From contig CAYRQF010000001.1 of NCBI GenBank assembly GCA_964426385.1, positions 167,939 to 231,938 of the forward strand: DNA of 64,000 bases, written 5' to 3'. Position numbers and translations under genes: made by a program. Source of the stretch: an uncultured Candidatus Saccharibacteria bacterium. Lineage in GTDB: Bacteria > Patescibacteriota > Minisyncoccia > Phycocordibacterales > CSBR16-119. Positions 1 through 9,527 of the stretch are shown in pieces. The first letter of the stretch is position 1, and each line of letters starts with the position of its first letter. A model generated the notes under the pieces. That model did no database searches, was not told where the DNA came from, and saw only the letters and a program-made list of their open reading frames with translations.

Positions 1-449
1 ATGAAGCAGTACGTGCGGAATTTTTTGCCATCCATCCTGGCAGCATACGCGTAACCTGATGCCTGAGATATGCCCGACCCTAGTGGCCCGGAGGTGTTCT
101 CCATACCTGGCAACTTCTCTCTCTCAGGATGTCCCTGGAGGCGTGAGCCAAATTTACGCAGAGTTCGGAGCTCCTCCACCGGGAAATACCCGGCATGAGC
201 CATCGTGGCGTATCGGACGGGTACGATGTGACCGTTTGAGAGGAAGAGTCTATCTCTATCAGGCCATTCAGGCTTCTTGGCGTCGTGATTCAATATATGA
301 AAATAGAAAGCTGTGAAGACGTCGGTCATGTCGAGTGGTCCAGCGGTATGACCAGATCCAGCATCTTCGAGCATGTCGATAATACTCTGGCGGATATCAT
401 TCGCCTGTAGCTCGAGAGTCTTTTCTTTTTCAGGGGTTAAGTTAGACAT
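1..449 (-). CDS. Transketolase, N-terminal (TPP-binding) subunit, truncated by window edge
   Basis: Manual translation from ATG at 449: MSNLTPEKEKTLELQANDIRQSIIDMLEDAGSGHTAGPL...DRDRLFLSNGH...LQGHP...TSGPLGSG; not in ORF track; next to rpe/fba/rpiB. Confidence 0.92.
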   Translation of the reverse strand, partial: MSNLTPEKEKTLELQANDIRQSIIDMLEDAGSGHTAGPLDMTDVFTAFYFHILNHDAKKPEWPDRDRLFLSNGHIVPVRYATMAHAGYFPVEELRTLRKFGSRLQGHPEREKLPGMENTSGPLGSGISQASGYAYAARMDGKKFRTYCF

Positions 450-451
450 AA

Positions 452-967
452 TTACCAAGACCAATTTCTAAAAGAATATAAAAATCCCCACATAAGCATT
501 CCACTATATGTCAGCATTAAAAATAATAAATAAATGGTTTTCTGTGGTCCATTCTTCTTTAGACTCACTAGACCGTTCATTGAGACAATAATACAAATCA
601 TCCAAATAAAACTAAGCAAGCTGGCTGACCTTTCAAAGTCAGTAATCATACCAAAGACGAATACAACTATCGCAACAAGCAGGCTAATGAAAATTTGATA
701 AGTTCCTGACCTTGATTTTCTTTCTAATACCGACGAATCAAGTGATGGTTTATTTTGAAGATTTCTACTTTTACCTATTTGAAGAATCCCGTAAATCAAG
801 AAACAGAATCCTCCTAAAAATGCCAAGAATCGTAAAATTCCGATTACAGGATCATCGATACTGCTATCTGTCAGACTAAATGTTGCTTTGTATAATGGAA
901 ACAAAGACCAAAGTAATATGGCAATAAAAATCTTTATAACTCCTGAATTTCTTTTATTCCTATCCAT
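452..967 (-). CDS. Hypothetical integral membrane protein
   Basis: About five hydrophobic segments; AT-rich; sits within the sugar-phosphate operon. Confidence 0.7.
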   Translation of the reverse strand: MDRNKRNSGVIKIFIAILLWSLFPLYKATFSLTDSSIDDPVIGILRFLAFLGGFCFLIYGILQIGKSRNLQNKPSLDSSVLERKSRSGTYQIFISLLVAIVVFVFGMITDFERSASLLSFIWMICIIVSMNGLVSLKKNGPQKTIYLLFLMLTYSGMLMWGFLYSFRNWSW

Positions 968-1637
968 TTGAAATATGTTTGAAATCCTCTATTGAAACTC
1001 CCGGATTGTTCGCTCCAAATACTATAGATCCAGATACGGCTCGCGTGACGCCAATCTGTGCTAGATCGTGAGCGGTCTCGAGTGTTATCCCTCCGTCAAC
1101 TGAAATTATAGCATTCGGTTTAATTTGCTTAATGTGATTAACTTGATCGAGAGTTCGCGGATCGAACGGCTGACCCTGGTAGCCGATATTTTCTATACCC
1201 ATGAGCTGGACGAAGTCAGATTTCTCTATCACATCGCTCCACTCGCGCACATTGTCCGTCGCGAGAAACGCCATCCCCCATTCTACTTTTAATTTGCTAA
1301 TTTCTGAGATAAGAAGTTCTCTATCTCCTACAGAGTTCGCATGGATGATGAGCCGGGACGCACCAAGAGAAACATATTTCTTCAGATCCGTTTCAGGATT
1401 CCTGACCATGAGGTCGAACTCGTATTTCAGTCTGTCAGAATACGGAAGCTTAACCTTCCCATCCATGAGCTCCCTCGCGCTCTGTTTGTCCTTGTCAAAA
1501 AAAGGCCAAGTTTTTGGCTCGACGAATTCCCCATCCATAAGATCGAGCTGTACATAGTCGACGTATTCGAACACTCGTTCGACATGCTCACGTATATCGT
1601 CGAAACTTTTCGGCATTATTGCTGGGATGATTTCCAT
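960..1637 (-). CDS. rpe: Ribulose-phosphate 3-epimerase
   Basis: QLDLMDGEFV, DLMV, QLMG..GYQGQPF, VDGGI, VSGS motifs. Confidence 0.9.
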   Translation of the reverse strand: MEIIPAIMPKSFDDIREHVERVFEYVDYVQLDLMDGEFVEPKTWPFFDKDKQSARELMDGKVKLPYSDRLKYEFDLMVRNPETDLKKYVSLGASRLIIHANSVGDRELLISEISKLKVEWGMAFLATDNVREWSDVIEKSDFVQLMGIENIGYQGQPFDPRTLDQVNHIKQIKPNAIISVDGGITLETAHDLAQIGVTRAVSGSIVFGANNPGVSIEDFKHISNG

Positions 1638-1656
1638 AGGTTTATTTTACCATTTT

Positions 1657-1686
1657 CTATAACCTATGACCTATTACCTACAACCT
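1657..1686. repeat. Degenerate 7-bp tandem repeat (nACCTAy)
   Basis: ctat-aacctat-gacctat-tacctac-aacct between fba and rpe. Confidence 0.6.
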
Positions 1687-1688
1687 CG

Positions 1689-2681
1689 TTATAACCCTTG
1701 ATCTGCCATAGAATTGAGTTCGAGCCTCTCGAGGAATGCTATCTGTGCGAGTCTCGGCTCTGTCATATTTTCCGCCCATGTGCGAAGCGCATCGTTCTGG
1801 AGAGCGCGTGAGTATGAGAACGCTACCTGCCATGGCAGAGGCTCGAGCTTGGCTATTTCACGGAGATTATTCGCCGCCTCATCTGGTGTCTGTCCGCCCG
1901 AGAGGAACACTACCCCGGCAACCTTCCTAGGAACATTAGCGGTCAACATTTCAGTAGTGAATTTGGCCACCGTTTTGGCATCGGCACGGATAGTAGCGTC
2001 ACCGCCGGATATGACCATGCTGGTCTTCAGTATCAGACCCTCGAGATTCACAAAATATTTCGGAAGTTCTTCGAAAACGATTTTCATTACCCTATCGGTA
2101 ACCAATTTTGACTTCTCGATACTGTGCACCCCATCAAGCATAACTTCAGGCTCGATTATCGGAACTATGCTTTCGTCCTGACAAGCCTTGGCATACCTGG
2201 CCAGGATTTTTGCATTCTCTCGTATCGCGTCGTCTGATGGAGTCGTTGCAGAGATCTTGAACGCCGCACGCCACTTCGCGAATGACGCACCCATAGACTT
2301 GTACTCCATGAGCCGGCCTGGGAGACCGTTCAGACCCTGAGTAATGTACTCCTCCGGTGATCCCGGCATCGGGATGAGTCCTTCGTCTACCTTGATACCT
2401 ACCAGGATACCTTTCTTCTCGAGCAACTTGGCGAACGGGACACCTTTTTTTGTAGACTGCCTGATCGTCTCGTCATAGAGGATGACTCCAGTGACGAAAT
2501 GCTCAATGTCGGGTGTCGTGAGTAGTAACTCTCGCCATGTTCGACGCATCTCTTCAGTCTGGGGCACACCGAATGCCTCGAAGCGTTTGTTGCAAGTATT
2601 ATTACTTTCGTCTGCCGCAAGAATCCCCTTCTTAGGTTCAACAAGACGATTAGCTATTGTGTGTAGTCGTTGGATATCCAT
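1689..2681 (-). CDS. Fructose-bisphosphate aldolase class I
   Basis: KGILAADES, GIKVD, FAKWR, PIIEPE, LILKTSM, FLSGGQ, FSYSRALQ. Confidence 0.95.
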   Translation of the reverse strand: MDIQRLHTIANRLVEPKKGILAADESNNTCNKRFEAFGVPQTEEMRRTWRELLLTTPDIEHFVTGVILYDETIRQSTKKGVPFAKLLEKKGILVGIKVDEGLIPMPGSPEEYITQGLNGLPGRLMEYKSMGASFAKWRAAFKISATTPSDDAIRENAKILARYAKACQDESIVPIIEPEVMLDGVHSIEKSKLVTDRVMKIVFEELPKYFVNLEGLILKTSMVISGGDATIRADAKTVAKFTTEMLTANVPRKVAGVVFLSGGQTPDEAANNLREIAKLEPLPWQVAFSYSRALQNDALRTWAENMTEPRLAQIAFLERLELNSMADQGL

Positions 2682-2685
2682 CCCA

Positions 2686-3129
2686 TTAGTTATCTAATTT
2701 TAAAATTCTTCTCTTGTGACGCTCGTCTCCAGAAAACTTTGTCTCGAGAAACAAGTCTACTGCACGCTTGGCCTCTTGTTCAGAAATAAATCGGGCGCCA
2801 AGAGAAAGAATATTTACATCATTGTGCTCGCGAGCAAGTTTTATGATTTCCTCCTGACCACCGTAGTACACAGCCGCTCGTACACCAAAGAGTCTGTTAG
2901 CCTCTATCGCCTCGCCGGTTCCTGATCCACCGATTACAATCCCCATGGCACCAGAATCAACTTCAGCGACCCCTTCAGCAACTAGGGCAACAAAGTCTGG
3001 ATAATCGTCTGCAGGATCTAAATGGTCGGGGCCCTTGTCCACAACTTCGTGACCCATGAGTTCAAGGTGGCTCACAAGAACCCTCTTCATCTCAAACCCG
3101 GCATGATCTGATCCAATAAATAGCTTCAT
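2686..3129 (-). CDS. rpiB: Ribose-5-phosphate isomerase B
   Basis: IGSDHAG, DYPD, GGSGTG, AREHND, FSGDERHKRR. Confidence 0.95.
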   Translation of the reverse strand: MKLFIGSDHAGFEMKRVLVSHLELMGHEVVDKGPDHLDPADDYPDFVALVAEGVAEVDSGAMGIVIGGSGTGEAIEANRLFGVRAAVYYGGQEEIIKLAREHNDVNILSLGARFISEQEAKRAVDLFLETKFSGDERHKRRILKLDN

Positions 3130-3134
3130 AGTGA

Positions 3135-3217
3135 TTAGCTTTTAGCTTCTAGCTTTATTAAACTGGTAATTATCATTTTCATTGTACTAAAAGCTAACAG
3201 CTATAAGCTAGCAGCTG
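3135..3217. repeat. Two inverted 7-bp tandem arrays (TAGCTT / AAGCTA)
   Basis: ttagctt-ttagctt-ctagctt at 3135-3155 and aaagcta-acagcta-taagcta-gcagctg at 3190-3217. Confidence 0.7.
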
Positions 3218-4235
3218 ACTTTAATACATGCTGTATTAAAGTTGCAGTATAACCGTACTCGTTATCATACCAGGCCATGACTTTCACCAAGTTTCCTCCG
3301 ACAACACGTGTCATCTCGAGATCTACGATTGAGGGAACAGTGACGCCGATAATATCTGACGAAACTATCGGTTCATCAGTAACGGCGAGAAGACCTTTCC
3401 AACGAGAACTTCGCGAAGCATCTGTAAGTAATTTATTAACTTCTTCTACGGTAGTTGGTTTCTTAGAAATAAATGTTACATCAACAAGAGAACCCACAGG
3501 TACTGGCACGCGGATAGATATACCGTCGAATAGTCCGGTAAGTGCTGGAAAAGCTTTGGTCACGGCTATCGCCGCACCGGTAGAGCTCGGAACGATGTTT
3601 TCTGCAGCAGCACGACCTTCGCGCAGATCTTTCTTCGACGGTCCGTCAACGAGGGCTTGAGACGCAGTATAGCCGTGAACTGTCGAAAGGATCGCCTTCT
3701 CGATACCGAGAGACTCATGAAGCACCCCGATAAGAGGAGATGCGGCGTTAGTCGTGCATGACGCGTTTGAAGTTATGTCGCAGGTACCGAATTTATCTTC
3801 GTTCACACCGAGAAGTATCGTCTCGCCCGGAACTGTTCCATCACTGTCCTTGGCCGGAGCAGAAATCACAACTTTTTTCGCACCTTGGTCGATGTGGAAC
3901 TTCGCCTTATCAAATGATGTAAATAATCCTGTCGACTCGACTACGACATCTATGTCGAGCTCTTTCCACGGGAGTCCTGCAGGATCTTTGGATGACACGA
4001 ACCGAGTTTCAAGTTTTTTAGTTCCGTCGGATACAACAAGGTTGCCATTAGAGAAATCAACTGAGAAAGGTGCACGGCCATATACTGTGTCGTACTTGAG
4101 TAGGTACGCGAGACTCTCGGCTGTTCCGAGATCGTTCACAGCAACGACTTCGATATCGTCCCTCTCCCACGCCATTTTGTAGAATGCTCGGCCGATACGA
4201 CCGAAACCGTTTATTGCAACACGAACTTTTTTCAT
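3201..4235 (-). CDS. gap: Glyceraldehyde-3-phosphate dehydrogenase type I
   Basis: INGFGRIGR, SNASCTTN, WYDNEYGY. Confidence 0.97.
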   Translation of the reverse strand: MKKVRVAINGFGRIGRAFYKMAWERDDIEVVAVNDLGTAESLAYLLKYDTVYGRAPFSVDFSNGNLVVSDGTKKLETRFVSSKDPAGLPWKELDIDVVVESTGLFTSFDKAKFHIDQGAKKVVISAPAKDSDGTVPGETILLGVNEDKFGTCDITSNASCTTNAASPLIGVLHESLGIEKAILSTVHGYTASQALVDGPSKKDLREGRAAAENIVPSSTGAAIAVTKAFPALTGLFDGISIRVPVPVGSLVDVTFISKKPTTVEEVNKLLTDASRSSRWKGLLAVTDEPIVSSDIIGVTVPSIVDLEMTRVVGGNLVKVMAWYDNEYGYTATLIQHVLKSAASL

Positions 4236-4265
4236 CTAACTATTGTAGCAAATGTAGAATCCTGA

Positions 4266-4601
4266 CTATTCACACCCGGCCTTAGGAGTTGAAATTTCTT
4301 CGAAATGTTTCCATACAATTTCACTATTTGTCATTTTTACAAGAATTTCTGGGACATATCCGTATTTAGGGTTACTTAATACCTCAGGAAAATTAGTTTC
4401 TGTGTATTTCGCACCAATTCTCCAATTAATACCATCCCGGAGGTTTGGTCTTGCTGTTAATGATAAAATTTTAATATTTTCCCCTTCCCAACACTTCTCC
4501 ATTACTGGCAAAGCAACTTCTTTTGCTTTCGCTTGTGAGCGAATGAGAAAAGTACAGAGAGCAACAACAATGACCAAAACAATTAGAAAAACTTTTTTCA
4601 T
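4266..4601 (-). CDS. Hypothetical exported/membrane-anchored protein
   Basis: N-terminal hydrophobic segment; start overlaps gatB stop. Confidence 0.65.
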   Translation of the reverse strand: MKKVFLIVLVIVVALCTFLIRSQAKAKEVALPVMEKCWEGENIKILSLTARPNLRDGINWRIGAKYTETNFPEVLSNPKYGYVPEILVKMTNSEIVWKHFEEISTPKAGCE

Positions 4602-6010
4602 TTCAATATCTCTTGGAGTATTTTAAGAGCAAGCTGAGGATTCGCAGAACCTTTGGATTCTTTCATGAACTGCCCTACTAGAAACTGGATAGATTTCTCA
4701 TTGCCTGCTTTGTAGTCAGCGACAACTTTTTCATTTGCGGAGATAACAGTCTCGGCAATAGCTTTTAGCTTACTTTCGTCGAACTCTTGGATAAGTCCGT
4801 GTTCTTTGGCGTAGGATTCAGGGTCGATATCCCCCGTTACTAATGCGGCGATAAGATCCTTGGCGGCTCTAGAATTTATCTTGTTATCTCCGAGCATCTT
4901 CATAATCTTGCCGAAGCTCTCAGCTTTTGGAAGCTTGAAGTCTGCATTAGCTGAACGAAGTCCTGACAAGTCTGACAAAATATAGTTCGCAGTTTTCTTG
5001 ACCGCCTCACCCGTAAGCCCGGTCGCGATAACTTCCTCGAAGAATTTAGCGAGTTCTGGATCTGTTACGAGTATCTCTATGTCCTCGGCTTTGATACCAA
5101 AATCCTTCACATATCGTTCACGCTTCGTAGATGCGAGTTCTGGAAGATTGCTTCGCATTTTCTCTAGATCAAATAATTCATGGAGGTACATTTTGGGAAT
5201 ATCAGGCTCTGGGAAATATCGATAGTCATGAGAATCTTCTTTCTTTCTCTGAGAGAAAGTCACCTGCTTGTTTTCGTCCCATCCGCGAGTTTCCTGGACG
5301 ATTTCAGCACCCCTGCCCTCCTCGATAAGCGCGATATGTCGCTTGATCTCGAAGTCTGCCGCTTTCTCGACGGCTTTGAATGAATTTATATTCTTCACTT
5401 CAACTTTCGTTCCAAACTTATCCGTATCAGAAACAGAAAGGTTGAGCTCCACGCGCATCTCGCCCTTTTCCATGTTCGCATCAGATACGCCGAGTGTTCG
5501 TAGAAGTAATTGTAATTCACGACCGAAGTCACCCGCCTGCTTGGCAGAATGAATTACTGGCTCAGTCACGAGCTCCATGAGCGGTACGCCAGCACGGTTA
5601 TAGTCGATGAGTGAGAAGTCGCCACGATCGTGTTTGTTATTCGCCGTGTCTTCCTCGAGATGAACTCGAGTCACCTGCACACCATTCAGCTCACCGCCAG
5701 AAACGATCGGATATTTGTATTGAGAGATTTGGTAGCCCTTGGGGATATCGGGATAGAAATAGTTTTTGCGGTCGAACTCAGTGAAGTTCGCGATATTTGC
5801 GCCGATAGCGAGACCGACTTTGACCACAGACTCTACGGCCTTCATATTCGGCACAGGCAAAGTTCCCGGATGCGCCATGCACACAGGACAGACATTAGAG
5901 TTAGGTTGTTCCTCATCGGGATTGTTCCTGCAAGCGCAGAACATCTTGGTGATGGTTTTTAGCTCGGCATGAATTTCGAGACCGATAGTTACTTTATATT
6001 TAGAATCCAT
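4598..6010 (-). CDS. gatB: Asp-tRNA(Asn)/Glu-tRNA(Gln) amidotransferase subunit B
   Basis: IGLEIHAEL, RKNYFYPD, HLEED, NRAGVPLMELVTEP, DYRYFPEPD. Confidence 0.97.
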   Translation of the reverse strand: MDSKYKVTIGLEIHAELKTITKMFCACRNNPDEEQPNSNVCPVCMAHPGTLPVPNMKAVESVVKVGLAIGANIANFTEFDRKNYFYPDIPKGYQISQYKYPIVSGGELNGVQVTRVHLEEDTANNKHDRGDFSLIDYNRAGVPLMELVTEPVIHSAKQAGDFGRELQLLLRTLGVSDANMEKGEMRVELNLSVSDTDKFGTKVEVKNINSFKAVEKAADFEIKRHIALIEEGRGAEIVQETRGWDENKQVTFSQRKKEDSHDYRYFPEPDIPKMYLHELFDLEKMRSNLPELASTKRERYVKDFGIKAEDIEILVTDPELAKFFEEVIATGLTGEAVKKTANYILSDLSGLRSANADFKLPKAESFGKIMKMLGDNKINSRAAKDLIAALVTGDIDPESYAKEHGLIQEFDESKLKAIAETVISANEKVVADYKAGNEKSIQFLVGQFMKESKGSANPQLALKILQEILK

Positions 6011-6047
6011 AGCAAAAAGTATATCAAAACAAGGAAAATTATATTGG

Positions 6048-6075
6048 TTGACAATATCTGCTTATATGTTATAAT
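6048..6075 (+). promoter_or_regulatory. Sigma70 promoter of orphan cassette
   Basis: TTGACA-16 nt-TATAAT with extended TG. Confidence 0.8.
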
Positions 6076-6097
6076 ACTATTAACCTAAATTCTTTCC

Positions 6098-6304
6098 ATG
6101 AAAAAGCTCACGAAGACCCGTCGTAACGAGATCGCCTTCACCATGGTCATGGTGCAAATGGCCGGTGATGGCATCCACTTCCCAAAGCCGAGTGCCAAAG
6201 CACGCAAGACCATGAAGAAGCACGGCATCAAGAAAAGCGAGCTCGTAGAGTTCGCCCGCGAAATGGCAGGCATGTTGGCGAAGAAGAGCTTCAAGAAGAG
6301 CTGA
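6098..6304 (+). CDS. Small basic orphan protein (cassette gene)
   Basis: 68 aa, Lys-rich, own promoter and downstream hairpin. Confidence 0.7.
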   Translation: MKKLTKTRRNEIAFTMVMVQMAGDGIHFPKPSAKARKTMKKHGIKKSELVEFAREMAGMLAKKSFKKS

Positions 6305-6322
6305 TCACCTTAGGGAGATCAG

Positions 6323-6353
6323 AAGTGGCGTCACCATCCGGGGGCGCCATTTT
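6323..6353. terminator. GC hairpin between convergent genes
   Basis: gtggcgtcacc-atcc-gggggcgccat followed by T-rich tract. Confidence 0.65.
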
Positions 6354-6357
6354 CTTT

Positions 6358-7326
6358 TTACTTCCTAAGAATCTTTACGAGTTCATCCCCCACTTTCTTC
6401 ACCGATTCATCATCAAATGCTGACATAGTGAGAACTGGAACCCCAAGTTTTTCAAATCTTTTTATTTCTTTTTTAACCGTATCCGCGTCAGACATATCAG
6501 TCTTGGTCAGGATTATAACTTCATTTTTCTTCGCAAGTTCTGGATCATATTTCTCTAGCTCCTGGCGAATATTTTTGTAGGACTGCATCATGTCTTCATT
6601 CTCAAACGACACGAGATGCGCGATCATTTTCGTCCTCTTGATATGCTTGAGGAATTTTACGCCTAGACCTTTGCCCTCTGAGGCGCCCTCGATGATCCCA
6701 GGGATGTCTGCGATAACGAATTCCTGCAGGACTCCGAGATGCGGGTCGAGTGTGGTGAAGGCATAGCTTCCAATTTTAGACTTGGCGTTGGTCACAGAGT
6801 TAATGAGAGTAGACTTGCCAGCGTTCGGATATCCGACGAGTCCGAGATCTGCGAACAAACGTAGCTCTACGAACAGGCTCGCATTCTCACCAGGCTTGCC
6901 CGGAGTAGATTCGTACGGCGTCGTGTTTACAGAAGATTTGAAATGCTCGTTACCGAGTCCACCTTTGCCACCTTTTAGTATAAGTATTTTTTGACCTTCT
7001 TCGGTAAGCTCGTACTCGTCATCGGTGTCGAGATTCTTGACGAGCGATCCGACAGGAAGCTTGATATAGAGATCCTCGCCGTCCTGGCCGGACATTTTCT
7101 TCTTGGCTCCGGCTTCCCCGTTCTCTGCGATAAATCGCGTGTCGTGAGTATAACGTGCGAGAAGGTCTGAGTCTTTGACTCCTTCTAGATAGACATCTCC
7201 GCCCCGTCCGCCGTCTCCGCCAGCAGGGCCTCCGCGGTCCTCAAACTTGTCCTGGCGCCAACGAACAACCCCGTCTCCGCCGGTTCCTGCTTTTGCGTAT
7301 ATTTTCAGTTCATCGATAAATGCCAT
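6358..7326 (-). CDS. obgE: GTPase Obg/CgtA
   Basis: FIDE, glycine-rich Obg domain, GYPNAGKST, YAFTTL, DIPG, TKTD. Confidence 0.96.
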   Translation of the reverse strand: MAFIDELKIYAKAGTGGDGVVRWRQDKFEDRGGPAGGDGGRGGDVYLEGVKDSDLLARYTHDTRFIAENGEAGAKKKMSGQDGEDLYIKLPVGSLVKNLDTDDEYELTEEGQKILILKGGKGGLGNEHFKSSVNTTPYESTPGKPGENASLFVELRLFADLGLVGYPNAGKSTLINSVTNAKSKIGSYAFTTLDPHLGVLQEFVIADIPGIIEGASEGKGLGVKFLKHIKRTKMIAHLVSFENEDMMQSYKNIRQELEKYDPELAKKNEVIILTKTDMSDADTVKKEIKRFEKLGVPVLTMSAFDDESVKKVGDELVKILRK

Positions 7327-7333
7327 ATATAGG

Positions 7334-7365
7334 TTAGCTTCTAGTCGCTAGCTTATAGCTTCTAG
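7334..7365. repeat. 7-bp tandem array (CTAGCTT family)
   Basis: ttagctt-ctagtcg-ctagctt-atagctt-ctag; 28/30 identical to 62151-62180. Confidence 0.75.
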
Positions 7366-7381
7366 AAACGATATTTTAAAG

Positions 7382-8275
7382 TTAACTGTTTAATGCCTTT
7401 TTAGCAAGCGCGATAGCGCCCTCGCGAGACCGGGCCCCGGCCAGGAATCTCTTCGGATGAGCAAAGACTGCATCAGAAACTCCACTAACCTTCTGAAGTT
7501 CTGCCTCAGGTAGTCCAGCCCAAGCTTCTGGGAGAGCCTTGCGAGGCTTAAACATCTCGGCCTCTACCGTCTGCACATGCCAAGCGCCCGTAATATGCGG
7601 ATAGACGGCATATATCGTGTCGGGTTTGTGTTTCAACACCCCATGCCATGGCCAGTACTGATCGAGAACGATGACTTCCTTGTTACGAGCATGCTCATAC
7701 GCCTCCTCAACATGGTGACGACCCTCTACCTTGTCACAAGTTTTTTTTATGAGACGTGTGAGTATCTCAGTTGCGACTGAGACTAGCGTCATGAAGTGTC
7801 TGTCATTTTCCCGAGAGTCTTCTTTCCATGTTGAGTTAAAATACGCCACAACATGCGATATCTCTACCGGAGTGATATCGCGGTTTATAGGCTCATAGAT
7901 GACGTGTCCGGTGTCGTGGGCGTCTATCGGGGTGACGAAGTCTTCGTCGATCTCTCGCCATATCTCAGCTGAACCTGCTATGGCCTCGCCATAGTGACGC
8001 CAGACGAGTCCGAACGCCGCATACGGCATGCCGTTCTCCCTCTCTCCTGCACCACCACGCTGATGATGGTCGAAGCGATTATGTTCGGCCTTGTATACCC
8101 CACCAACATCGAAAACGAAGTCTCCCTTTTGGAACATTTTCTCGTCACGTGTACGCACGAGCTTCCAAGGAAGCTTCTGCTTCTTCAGATACAGCGACAG
8201 TGTTGCAGCGGCGAACACATCGTCTGCATGAAACGGACCGTTATGAGTTACTAAGAGTCGTTTTCTTTTAAACAT
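7382..8275 (-). CDS. MYG1 family exonuclease/hydrolase
   Basis: THNGPFHADD, DVGG, FDHHQ, AAFGLVW, AVFAH motifs. Confidence 0.92.
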   Translation of the reverse strand: MFKRKRLLVTHNGPFHADDVFAAATLSLYLKKQKLPWKLVRTRDEKMFQKGDFVFDVGGVYKAEHNRFDHHQRGGAGERENGMPYAAFGLVWRHYGEAIAGSAEIWREIDEDFVTPIDAHDTGHVIYEPINRDITPVEISHVVAYFNSTWKEDSRENDRHFMTLVSVATEILTRLIKKTCDKVEGRHHVEEAYEHARNKEVIVLDQYWPWHGVLKHKPDTIYAVYPHITGAWHVQTVEAEMFKPRKALPEAWAGLPEAELQKVSGVSDAVFAHPKRFLAGARSREGAIALAKKALNS

Positions 8276-8276
8276 C

Positions 8277-8621
8277 TTAATCTTTTTTCTTGGTTACGTG
8301 ATCAGCTATCCAGTTCAGGACTGAAACGATGAGCGAACCGAGGAATGCTGCCATGAATCCGTCGACAGTCATCCCTGGGACAAGTCCGGAAACGAACCAG
8401 AAGAATAGAGCGTTAAGTATGAGGAGGAAGAATCCTAGAGTGAGGAGCGTGATAGGTAGTGTCAGAATCTTTACTATCGGCTTCACGGCAACTTGGATGA
8501 TGGTAAGAGCCGCACCGGCGATAACTATCGAGACCCAATCAGCGAGCTCTATCCCTGGAACGAAATAGTCTGCGACAAAAACCGCGAGTGTGAGAAAAAT
8601 GAATCTGAATAAAATCTTCAT
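8277..8621 (-). CDS. YvlD/phage holin family 4 membrane protein
   Basis: VKPIVKILTLPITLLTLGFFLLILNA signature. Confidence 0.88.
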   Translation of the reverse strand: MKILFRFIFLTLAVFVADYFVPGIELADWVSIVIAGAALTIIQVAVKPIVKILTLPITLLTLGFFLLILNALFFWFVSGLVPGMTVDGFMAAFLGSLIVSVLNWIADHVTKKKD

Positions 8622-8736
8622 CCCGTTAGAGATAGCAAATTATTAATTTGCGTACCTTTGTTAATCTTTGTAATTAAATAACCTTTGTAAATTATACCTG
8701 ATTAGCGATCTCTCAAACAGAACATCTCTAACGGGA
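8621..8736. mobile_element. MITE-like element, 116 bp, copy 1
   Basis: Terminal inverted repeats TCCCGTTAGAGAT / ATCTCTAACGGGA; internal palindrome GCAAATTA-T-TAATTTGC; related copy at 58823-58939. Confidence 0.7.
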
Positions 8737-8746
8737 TTCATGCCCT

Positions 8747-9202
8747 CTATTGGAATAATGAATCTACGGCATTCTTAACATCATTTCCATCAGCTTTACC
8801 CTTGAGGTCCTTCATGAGTGCTCCAACGAGCATTCCCTTCTTCGAGGCATCTGTTATTCCGAGCTCAGCTTTCTTGGCCTCAACGATTTTCCTCACTTCG
8901 TCGATAGACATCATCGTTGGTAAGAATTCCTGGAGTATAGAGAGCTCCTTGGCTTCACCCTCGGCGAGTTCTGGTCGTCCAGCACTCTCGTACTGAACCA
9001 TCGACTCCTTGCGTTGCTTGGCGAGTCTCGTGATAACTGCAACAGCTTCCTCGTCCGTGAGCATATCCTGAGGGGTGCGTTTGGTCGCAACAAGTTCATT
9101 TGTAAAAGCACTCGTCATCCCGCGCATAACCATGAGCCTAGTCTCGTCCTTGGCCTTCATGGCCGTCTTGATCCCGTCTTTTATTTGTTCGTGTAGTGTC
9201 AT
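8747..9202 (-). CDS. GatB/YqeY domain protein
   Basis: IKTAMKAKD, KQRKES...GRPELAE.E. Confidence 0.9.
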   Translation of the reverse strand: MTLHEQIKDGIKTAMKAKDETRLMVMRGMTSAFTNELVATKRTPQDMLTDEEAVAVITRLAKQRKESMVQYESAGRPELAEGEAKELSILQEFLPTMMSIDEVRKIVEAKKAELGITDASKKGMLVGALMKDLKGKADGNDVKNAVDSLFQ

Positions 9203-9203
9203 G

Positions 9204-9491
9204 TTATTTTTTATTAACCTTCTGTTCTAATCGATTGAAACGCATGACGAAATTATCAAATTCAGATCTTTTAACATAAGAATCTCGAATATCCAAAATG
9301 TCATTATTAATTTTCCTTTGGCCGTCTTCGAGATTCTTGAGACGGTCATCAACCTTGTCTAATTTTTTATCTACAGATTCAAATCCTTTAGCTACGGATA
9401 CGGCTAGCTTATCCACGACATCTGAGAGATTATCGATTTTTGACTCTAGTATTCCAGTTGCCGGATTTTTCTTTAGGACCTTCTTTTTCAT
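9204..9491 (-). CDS. Hypothetical coiled-coil protein
   Basis: Heptad pattern VAKGFESVDKKLDKVDDRLKNLE. Confidence 0.75.
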   Translation of the reverse strand: MKKKVLKKNPATGILESKIDNLSDVVDKLAVSVAKGFESVDKKLDKVDDRLKNLEDGQRKINNDILDIRDSYVKRSEFDNFVMRFNRLEQKVNKK

Positions 9492-9527
9492 AACGAAATT
9501 TTAACACATCTGATATAATTGCGAAAT

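Noticed and set aside
59-316. Plus-strand 85-aa ORF
   Set aside because: Antisense shadow of the transketolase gene
8277-8621. Prophage suggested by a holin-family gene
   Set aside because: The YvlD family is common on chromosomes and no other phage genes are nearby
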